Source: Bacteroidia bacterium (GTDB taxonomy: Bacteria > Bacteroidota > Bacteroidia > Flavobacteriales > Schleiferiaceae). Taken from it: a stretch of 64,000 nucleotides of DNA. Made by a program: the position numbers and the translations under genes. The DNA lies in NCBI GenBank assembly GCA_030424545.1, contig JAUHWL010000012.1, positions 20,315-84,314 of the forward strand, read 5' to 3'. Positions within the stretch are counted from its first letter, which is position 1; each line of letters opens with the position of its first letter. Below the pieces are notes generated by a model, which was not told the DNA's origin, made no database searches, and saw only the letters and a program-made list of their open reading frames with translations. Positions 1 through 7,476 of the stretch are shown here, piece after piece.

Positions 1-54
1 GAAGTTAATGGTTATGTAATTGGCAGAGCCCCAACAGCCTTATTTGTAGCATAA
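1..54 (+). CDS. 3' end of a partial upstream CDS (…EVNGYVIGRAPTALFVA*)
   Basis: Open frame from the window edge to TAA at 52-54; too short to identify. Confidence 0.25.
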   Translation, partial: EVNGYVIGRAPTALFVA

Positions 55-306
55 AAGGATTTGAGACAGGCTTTGAAAAAAGTAAAAAAATATAAAAAGG
101 ACTTATCCTACTAAAGTTTGTCCCTCATATTGGGCACGTAAAGCAATTCACGTTTATAATTTGGTAAAACCTTTTTTTGAAAAACTAGAGCTTAATGATC
201 CTTGTGGTTTGATGTACTTGTGCATTTAGGCTAAACAGACCAAGCATTTACAAATCAAATAATGAATAAAACAGGGGATGTTGCTTAGATTAAGAAATCA
301 AAAGGA

Positions 307-1176
307 CTATTCTGCCAAAGCTTCTGCAACGCATTTTTCTCGCAATGCAATAAGTTCGGGCATTGCCACGGGGCTTTTTGCAATATTCATTAATGGTTTT
401 TGGTCTAGTACTAACTGAGATTCTAACTCATCCCAACCATCATCCATGCAAATCCAGTTTACCCTTAAGTTTTGGTTAATCCACTTTACAATTTTGGCTT
501 CATCGCTTGGTGAAAAAGAAAAATTTTCTTGATCGCTACTAGAAATTAAAGAGCCTTTAACCGGCATAAAGCCCAACATAGCGCCCATACTGCCAAAGAA
601 TGTTCCGTTTTCTTTGCCACGAAGTGCGCGCTCTAACAAGCGGTGTTTTAAAGATTTTGCGGCAACGCCTATGTAAAGGAGGTTGTGTTTTCTTTCTTCT
701 AAAACATTAGAGTAAACTTTTGGTAATTTGTGTACATTTCTAATGCGTATAGCATACATACCTGGTAAATCGGGTACAATGCTATCAACAGCATCAGCCG
801 GTCTTGTGTTTTTTTGATTTAGCAAAACTTTAGAGGCTAAACCAGGATTAGAAAGCTTGATAGAATTTTTTGTGCCTGCTTGAGAAGTAATCACAATGGC
901 AGGTTGTTTTACATCTTCTACTTTTAGCGGACCTTCTTTTAACCCGATTAAAGAACCTTGTATAGAAAACAACTTTAAATAATTTCCTACACGTGCTTCA
1001 ACTTGACTAGACTTTATATCGCTGCCATCTTTTTTGGTATAAAGTTGTGTAGAGTTTAATTCAAGTGCAATTTCAACACTTGTCATTGGTCGGTTGTTTT
1101 TGCGAATTACGGTGTCTATAGCTTCGTGAAAGGTCATGTAAATAGTTGTGCCGTTGAGATTTTTAAGAATTGACAA
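307..1176 (-). CDS. GIY-YIG-type nuclease-like protein with N-terminal winged-helix domain
   Basis: 289-aa ORF. Central G-M-Y...(hexapeptide)...LLYIGVAAKSLKHRLLERALRG matches the GIY-X10-YIG...R...E arrangement of GIY-YIG nucleases. The N-terminal ~60 aa (HEAIDTVIRKNNRPMTSVEIALEL) looks like a wHTH. Confidence 0.5.
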   Translation of the reverse strand: MSILKNLNGTTIYMTFHEAIDTVIRKNNRPMTSVEIALELNSTQLYTKKDGSDIKSSQVEARVGNYLKLFSIQGSLIGLKEGPLKVEDVKQPAIVITSQAGTKNSIKLSNPGLASKVLLNQKNTRPADAVDSIVPDLPGMYAIRIRNVHKLPKVYSNVLEERKHNLLYIGVAAKSLKHRLLERALRGKENGTFFGSMGAMLGFMPVKGSLISSSDQENFSFSPSDEAKIVKWINQNLRVNWICMDDGWDELESQLVLDQKPLMNIAKSPVAMPELIALREKCVAEALAE

Positions 1177-1326
1177 AGAAATAATCTATTTTTCACATAT
1201 TGATAATATCCATGTTGTATTTGCTGAAAATAATCATGTTCATTTTTACAGATACAGATTGTTGAAATGTAGATTAATTGAAACAGCTAACTTAAAAGTT
1301 AATTGCATGAAAACCAAGTGAATGTA

Positions 1327-2091
1327 TTAAAAAGGGGGTTCTAATTCGGTTTTAAAATAAGTATACTGCACAGCGCTTAAGTGCAGCCCTTGTGCATAAG
1401 CTTTATGATGTTTAGGAATATTGACTTCCACGTTTAAATAGTTTTTAAATGCATCAAGCGTTGTTTTGCCTTTTCCTATTTCTAATAATTCACCAACCAA
1501 CATTCTTATCATGCTACGTAAATAATGGTCTCCATGAAAACGAAATGCAATTTGATTTTTTGTTGGGTTTTTAAACAATTCAACCTTTTCTATTTTGCAC
1601 AGTGTTGATTTGTGTTTGGCAGGTTCTAGACAAAAATTTTTAAAATCACGCGCTTCGGTAATAAGGACACATGCTTGTTCTATTGCGTTTAAATTAAGAT
1701 TTTCTATAAAATAATAAGTGCTAAAGTTGTTGAGATATGGGTCTTTTGTAAAATGAACGTAGTAGGTATATGTACGAGAAATGGCATCTAGTTGTGCGTT
1801 TGCTTTTGGGCTGACTTGGGTCATGCTTTTAACAGCAATCTGGGCGGGTAATTTATTATTTAGCTTAAAGATGAGGTTATCAACCTCAGAAGGTAAAACC
1901 GCGTGGAACACATAGTTTTGGCCATGTACTCCAGCATCTGTGCGTCCGCAGCCATGAATCGTAATAGTTGTTTTAAAAAGCGCAATAAAGGCAAGCTCAA
2001 TTGTTTCTTGAACACTCAAACCATCCTTCTGGTTTTGCCAACCCCTAAATCCTCGGCCATTATAGGTAACGATAAAAAAATACTTTTTCAA
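1327..2091 (-). CDS. truA: tRNA pseudouridine(38-40) synthase TruA
   Basis: 254 aa with the GCGRTDAGVHGQNYVFH catalytic-Asp motif typical of TruA. Confidence 0.9.
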   Translation of the reverse strand: MKKYFFIVTYNGRGFRGWQNQKDGLSVQETIELAFIALFKTTITIHGCGRTDAGVHGQNYVFHAVLPSEVDNLIFKLNNKLPAQIAVKSMTQVSPKANAQLDAISRTYTYYVHFTKDPYLNNFSTYYFIENLNLNAIEQACVLITEARDFKNFCLEPAKHKSTLCKIEKVELFKNPTKNQIAFRFHGDHYLRSMIRMLVGELLEIGKGKTTLDAFKNYLNVEVNIPKHHKAYAQGLHLSAVQYTYFKTELEPPF

Positions 2092-2343
2092 AGTGAAATT
2101 GATTAGGATTATACTATGATTGGCGCAAATTAGTTTAATAAAATGTAGTGCAAATAAGTAAAGGATGTGGAACTAGCGTAGTTAAAAAACCAATTTTAAT
2201 TGTTGATAATCAATTGTTTAAGGGTTGTTACATTGGCCTTATTTATATTTTGGCACACATTTTGAAAATTGGTTAAGCCTCCCGATATTCGGGAATTGAA
2301 CTAAGTGTAAAATACTGAAAAACTAATCCTTAAAAATTACATC

Positions 2344-3603
2344 ATGAAAAAGAAATTAATTGGCTTCTTAGCTATTGCCGTTTTTCTTGGTTTCCAAAGC
2401 GCAAATGCGCAAGGGCTAATTATAAACGATGATTACAAAAATTCATTTGAATCGTATGAGCCTGAATTAGGTTTTGCAGAAGACTTGCCATCATCTGCAT
2501 CTTTAAGAAAGTATGCACCTACGCCTCGCAATCAGCAGGGCAGTACATGTGTTGGATGGGCTGGGGCGTATGCCGCCATGTCTACACAATTTAATTACGT
2601 ATATAATATTACGGCAATGAATGAAAAGGACGCCTTCGCTTTTGATCCTTATTTTTTGTTTCATCAAATAAAAGGAACAGACAATTTTAATTGCGAAAAC
2701 GGAACATCTTTGTTAGACGCACTTATGGCAATGAGAGATTATGGTGTTAAAAGACAACTTTTTCCGGCTCATTTGGTTTGCGAAAATGATTTATCTGTAG
2801 AGTTGTATAACAAGTCTCTAGAATATGCAAAATCTTATCGTATTAAAGATGCATTGATTTTTGATTTAGAAGGTGAAGAAACACCCGAAACCATGAAGTA
2901 TGTATTAACACAAGGATATCCTATTATGATAGGAACCAATGTTACAGCACAAATGGAAGTGGATTCTCGTCAGAAATATGGAAACGGTGTGGGGCTTTGG
3001 GAGCCAAAAGAATCTTATAAAGAAGAACTTGGCGGACATGCAATGTGCATTGTTGGTTATGATGATAACAAATTTGGAGGTGCTTGGGAAATTCAAAACA
3101 GCTGGGGAACAGACATAGGTGATAATGGCTACATATGGGTAAAGTATGATGACTTTATGCAAATAGCTGTTGCAGCTGTAATTCTAGAACTGTACGAGTT
3201 TAACACAAAAGCACCTGCATGTCAAATTGGTGATTGCGAAACCCAATATTCTCGGGCTGATTTTGGAGGTGGAGAAAAGTATGAAGGTGAAGTAAAAAAC
3301 GGTGTGTTCAACGGATGGGGATATCAAATCTTAAAAGATGGTAGCATCTATTCTGGTCCTTACTCTGAAGGTTATATGAATGGCCGCGGGTATTACCTAA
3401 CAGCAGATCACACCTGGTATATTGTACAAATGGAAAAAGGAAGTTTAGTTGATTCTGAAGCGTTAGGATTTAGCAGTAAAACATCTAAAGAAGATGCTGT
3501 TGTAAATGCTTCTGCAAACGTTCTAGGTAACTATTTAAACTTTGAAGAAGGCATGCCATCGGGCAACGTATTAGAAGGAAAAGTAAAACGCAAAATGAAA
3601 TAG
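2344..3603 (+). CDS. Secreted papain-family (C1) cysteine peptidase with C-terminal MORN repeats
   Basis: Signal peptide MKKKLIGFLAIAVFLGFQSANAQ. Catalytic triad context: QGSTCVGWAGAYA (Cys), GGHAMCIVGYDD (His), NSWG (Asn). The C-terminus carries YEGEVKNGVFNGWGYQ / DGSIYSGPYSEGYMNGRGYY MORN-like repeats. Confidence 0.8.
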   Translation: MKKKLIGFLAIAVFLGFQSANAQGLIINDDYKNSFESYEPELGFAEDLPSSASLRKYAPTPRNQQGSTCVGWAGAYAAMSTQFNYVYNITAMNEKDAFAFDPYFLFHQIKGTDNFNCENGTSLLDALMAMRDYGVKRQLFPAHLVCENDLSVELYNKSLEYAKSYRIKDALIFDLEGEETPETMKYVLTQGYPIMIGTNVTAQMEVDSRQKYGNGVGLWEPKESYKEELGGHAMCIVGYDDNKFGGAWEIQNSWGTDIGDNGYIWVKYDDFMQIAVAAVILELYEFNTKAPACQIGDCETQYSRADFGGGEKYEGEVKNGVFNGWGYQILKDGSIYSGPYSEGYMNGRGYYLTADHTWYIVQMEKGSLVDSEALGFSSKTSKEDAVVNASANVLGNYLNFEEGMPSGNVLEGKVKRKMK

Positions 3604-3604
3604 T

Positions 3605-5101
3605 ATGCGTTTTCAATCTCTTTTAACTGTAGTGTTTTTAACCTTGGCCATGCATTTGCATGGCCAAGTAAAATGGGCAAGTGTAGAAAAAGTGTACGCC
3701 AACCTTATTACAGCAATTGGCGATAATAGCAAAATTGCGCCTCCCATAAAATCTTCTCGCACAGAGAGCCGCGTTGCCTACTACTCGCCAACAAGACAAA
3801 CCATTTATATAGAAGAAAAGTTCCTTTCTGTTTGCGCTTCTTTTGGTGCAGATTCTTTAAATGTTTTGGCTTTTATAGTTGGCCATGAATTGGCGCATGT
3901 ATACCGCAACCATGGTTGGGTAAGCGCCAATGGTTTAGGGTATGTTGGTGGCGAGTTAAAAGATGATTGGAAAAATTTAAGAAACGATGAAACGAGCCAT
4001 GCTAAAGACGAGTCTGAAGCAGATATTTTTTCTGGGTTTTATACAATGATGGCGGGTTATAATGGGATGGAAGTAGCAGAAAAAGCATTGACAAAACTCT
4101 ATCAAGAATACAGTATACCTGATACTGTTGCTGGATATCCAACATTACAACAACGTGTAGAAATATCTAAAAGCGCAAGACAAAAAGCTAACGATTTGTA
4201 TTTGGTGTTTAATACAGGTCTGTATTGTTTAGCTACTCAAAAGTATGGAGTAGCTGCCGATTTGTACACGTATATTTATAATCAAGATTATACAGGTACA
4301 GAAATATTAAACAACTTAGCAATTGCCGAAATATTAATGGGGTATAACCTACTGGTAGAAGAACCCAATTTTTATTACCCCATTTTTATATCTACAGAAA
4401 CGGAGTTAGAATCTGGTACGAGAGGAAATGAAGGTGAAGAACATATTAAAAAGGGAATTGTGTACTTGCAACAGGCTCTGAAAAAAGAAGAAAGCAATCC
4501 TAGTTTGTATTTAAACTTGGCATGTGCCTATGCCATGTTAAATTCATTTGTTGATGCGAATTATTTCTTAGAAAAAGCAAGAGCTGCAAAAGCAAACCAA
4601 TCCGCCATAGAAAATTTACAGGCCATTATTGCTTATAAAAATGGCGATATAAAGTCTGCAAAAAAAATCTGGAAAAGCCTAAGAGCTGATGATGCATTTG
4701 CGGCCAAAAATTATCAAACACATATAGCTAAAAAAGAAGAGGTGTTGTTAGCCACTGCTAACCAAGTTGAAAAACAGGCAAAAATTGATGATATAGATTT
4801 AACTGATAATAACTTGAGGAAATCGGTAGATTTTGAAGTAATTAAATTGCCTGGCTTAAAGGTTTCTTATGCTAAGCTGCCCAACTCTTTGTTAATAGAT
4901 GTTTATGGAGGTGGTGCATTGAATTACAGATTCCAGATTTTTAATATTCAATTGCCTGATACAGACAATGAAGTTTGGACACCAGTCATTCAATCATCAA
5001 CAAAGGTTATACAAGAAAACAAGGATAAAAACAGATTAAAAATAAAAAGCCTCAACAATAGTGAGGCTTCTTCAGAGATCGTTTTATTCTATTTAAATTA
5101 G
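3605..5101 (+). CDS. Secreted HExxH zinc-metallopeptidase-like protein with TPR-like C-terminal region
   Basis: N-terminal signal peptide and the FIVGHELAHVYRNHGW (HExxH) motif. Its start lies 2 nt after the C1 peptidase stop, so the two genes are probably co-transcribed. Confidence 0.55.
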   Translation: MRFQSLLTVVFLTLAMHLHGQVKWASVEKVYANLITAIGDNSKIAPPIKSSRTESRVAYYSPTRQTIYIEEKFLSVCASFGADSLNVLAFIVGHELAHVYRNHGWVSANGLGYVGGELKDDWKNLRNDETSHAKDESEADIFSGFYTMMAGYNGMEVAEKALTKLYQEYSIPDTVAGYPTLQQRVEISKSARQKANDLYLVFNTGLYCLATQKYGVAADLYTYIYNQDYTGTEILNNLAIAEILMGYNLLVEEPNFYYPIFISTETELESGTRGNEGEEHIKKGIVYLQQALKKEESNPSLYLNLACAYAMLNSFVDANYFLEKARAAKANQSAIENLQAIIAYKNGDIKSAKKIWKSLRADDAFAAKNYQTHIAKKEEVLLATANQVEKQAKIDDIDLTDNNLRKSVDFEVIKLPGLKVSYAKLPNSLLIDVYGGGALNYRFQIFNIQLPDTDNEVWTPVIQSSTKVIQENKDKNRLKIKSLNNSEASSEIVLFYLN

Positions 5102-5773
5102 ATGATGCTCAAAGGCGTATCTAACCAGCCCTGCGGTATTTCTGATTTGCAATTTATTCAACATGTTTTGCCTGTGGTTATCTACCGTGCGCTTGCTTAA
5201 CGATAGTTTTATAGCAATTTCTTCATTTGTATGTTCTCCGGCAATAAGTCTAATAATTTGCAATTCTCTGTTTGAAAGTGGCGTTTCAGAATCTACATTT
5301 TCCATAAACCGAAATGCTTTGCTGTCTTCTTCTAACAACAATTCTTTTAGCTTATGGTTTATTAATTTGTTTGCTATTTCATTTGAATAGTAAACGTTAC
5401 CATCCATAATTTGATGTATAGCCGAGAGCAAATCTTTTGGGCCTACATTTTTTAGTACATAGCCTTTCGCACCAGCTTTTAACATATCTAGCGCATATGC
5501 ATATTCATCATAATTAGAAAGGCCTAAAACTTTAAGGCTAGGATTAATCTGTAAAATAGATTCGGTTATTTCATGACCCTTTTTATCAGGTAGTTGAAAA
5601 TCCATAATGACAAATTCAATAGGAAATTTGGCGACTGCGGCAATAGCTTCCTTTTCATTCTCGGCTTCATACACAACAAACGTGGTGTCGTCATTTTGTG
5701 CATCTAACATATTTCTAAGGCCATCTCTAATTATGGGATGATCATCAACAATAAGAATGTTAAGCGTTTTCAT
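5093..5773 (-). CDS. NarL/LuxR-family response regulator
   Basis: REC domain (ILIVDDHPIIRDGL...D phospho-acceptor) plus a C-terminal LuxR HTH (LSNRELQIIRLIAGEHTNEEIAIKLSLSKRTVDNHRQNMLNKL). Confidence 0.9.
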   Translation of the reverse strand: MKTLNILIVDDHPIIRDGLRNMLDAQNDDTTFVVYEAENEKEAIAAVAKFPIEFVIMDFQLPDKKGHEITESILQINPSLKVLGLSNYDEYAYALDMLKAGAKGYVLKNVGPKDLLSAIHQIMDGNVYYSNEIANKLINHKLKELLLEEDSKAFRFMENVDSETPLSNRELQIIRLIAGEHTNEEIAIKLSLSKRTVDNHRQNMLNKLQIRNTAGLVRYAFEHHLI

Positions 5774-5794
5774 GAAAATAATTTTGATGTTTAG

Positions 5795-6991
5795 TTAATG
5801 CAAGATAACAAAAGCTAATGGAAATTTTATTTCCATTTGTGTCCCCTTATCGGGGGCTGAATGAATTTCTAAAGATCCGTAGTAAGATTCTACTCGTGTT
5901 TTTATGTTGCGCAATCCCATGCCAGATCTATTCTCTAAAATTTTTAAATCAAACCCAATACCGTTTTCTTTTAGTAAAACTTTTAGCTTTGATGTAGGTT
6001 TTTCTAATGAAAAATTTACTTCAACAATGGTTGCTTTACCATGTTTAATTGCATTATTTAAAAATTCTTGAACTATTCTAAAGCATGCAATTTCAAAGGC
6101 TTTGTTAAGTTTTGGAACATTTTCTGTGAATTCTACACTGAGCTTTAAATGCCCATCTACGTTAAATTTACTCGCTAACTCTCCCAATGAAAATTTTAGG
6201 GTATGATTTTCTAACGTTCTGGGCATTAAATTAAAACAAATGTCTCTCAATTCAATAATGGCGTTGTCTATAGATTTTAACGTTTTATCGTATTGATTCA
6301 ATAGCTTTTTATTGGCCTCTACACTGTGTTGAATTGCAGAAATATAAAATCTTATTCCTGAAAGTTGTTGGCCTAAACTGTCATGTAAATCAGATGCAAA
6401 TCTGTTTCTCTCTTTTTCTTGGGTGTCAATAATTGTTCTAATAACAAGTTTTTCTCTTGCTATCTTTTCTGTTACGTCTTCGGCTATTAGAATTATGCTA
6501 GAAGGTTCTTGGCCTAGCCCGCTCAGCATTGCAAAGCTGCATTTGAGTTTTACATTTTGATTTTGAATTAGTTCACCATCTAAAATAACTTTGTCGTTTT
6601 TGATGTTTATTTTATTGTTTTTAACGGTAAGGACAGTGTTTTTTTTAATCCGTATAAAATCAAATAAATTTTTATTTAATAAATCAAATTTGGAAAACCC
6701 CAGTTGATCGCAAGCCACAGGATTTACTTCTTCTATATTACCAGATAAATCAGCTACAATAAGCATTTCTGAAATGCTATTATAAATGCTCTTTAAAAAG
6801 CTGTTGGATATTGTAACATGTTTAAGTTCTTCGCCCAACATGTTAACGCCAGCAATAATAGCATCAATATCATCACCTGTTTCAGACAAAGGCAATTGTT
6901 CATCAAAATTACCAAGAGAAAATTGAATGAGTTTGTTGCTGATTTCTTCTAGACGAAAATCTTCATTTATTTGGTTTTTCTTCATCAGCAA
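5795..6991 (-). CDS. Cytoplasmic PAS-domain sensor histidine kinase (HisKA_3/HATPase_c)
   Basis: No transmembrane segment and a PAS-like N-terminal half. HisKA_3 H-box ERNRFASDLHDSLGQQL, then the HATPase N/G boxes (NNAIKHGKA...ENGIGF...GMGLRNI). Confidence 0.85.
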   Translation of the reverse strand: MLMKKNQINEDFRLEEISNKLIQFSLGNFDEQLPLSETGDDIDAIIAGVNMLGEELKHVTISNSFLKSIYNSISEMLIVADLSGNIEEVNPVACDQLGFSKFDLLNKNLFDFIRIKKNTVLTVKNNKINIKNDKVILDGELIQNQNVKLKCSFAMLSGLGQEPSSIILIAEDVTEKIAREKLVIRTIIDTQEKERNRFASDLHDSLGQQLSGIRFYISAIQHSVEANKKLLNQYDKTLKSIDNAIIELRDICFNLMPRTLENHTLKFSLGELASKFNVDGHLKLSVEFTENVPKLNKAFEIACFRIVQEFLNNAIKHGKATIVEVNFSLEKPTSKLKVLLKENGIGFDLKILENRSGMGLRNIKTRVESYYGSLEIHSAPDKGTQMEIKFPLAFVILH

Positions 6992-7355
6992 ATGATTTTA
7001 GCCACAGTTCTGCGGCTGTTCTATCTGTAAAAACTTTTACCGGTAAGTTGGGTCTAGATATCTTCAAAACAAAATTAACCAACATACTATTTACTACAGA
7101 AGAACTTATGATGGCACTCGCACTAATTCCTTTTACCCCTTCGCTAGAAGATAAAAAGTCTCTTGCTTGTTTGTCCATGCTCACTAAACCAGAATCAATA
7201 ACTAACACAGGCACGTCTTTGTTGTTTGTGTATGTTAATCTCTCATCTAATATTTGCTTTGCAGCAGGCAAATCAATTTTAGGTCCGGCTTTATAACGGG
7301 CAATAAGAAAGTTGTCACCCATTTCTAGGTCAACATATTTGCCTTCTTTTTTCAT
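6963..7355 (-). CDS. STAS/SpoIIAA-like small protein, co-operonic with the kinase
   Basis: 130 aa with an alpha/beta pattern like anti-sigma-antagonist/STAS folds. Overlaps the kinase start by 29 nt. Confidence 0.35.
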   Translation of the reverse strand: MKKEGKYVDLEMGDNFLIARYKAGPKIDLPAAKQILDERLTYTNNKDVPVLVIDSGLVSMDKQARDFLSSSEGVKGISASAIISSSVVNSMLVNFVLKISRPNLPVKVFTDRTAAELWLKSFADEEKPNK

Positions 7356-7476
7356 AAAATCATCTAAAAAATTAAGTGTAAATACTTACAGTGAATATAA
7401 TTATTTAAGTGTTGAATACCTTGTTGTGTTGATTACTTATTTAAACTTTTGAATAACAAATATATAGGTTCATATT

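Noticed and set aside
1903-2106. 67-aa ORF on the plus strand overlapping truA
   Set aside because: Antisense to a confidently identified gene and has no features.
2092-2343. Possible tRNA or small RNA in the truA / C1-peptidase spacer (short CCCGA-TAT-TCGGG hairpin at ~2279-2292)
   Set aside because: No cloverleaf or T-loop (GTTCRA) signature. The 5-bp hairpin alone is insufficient.
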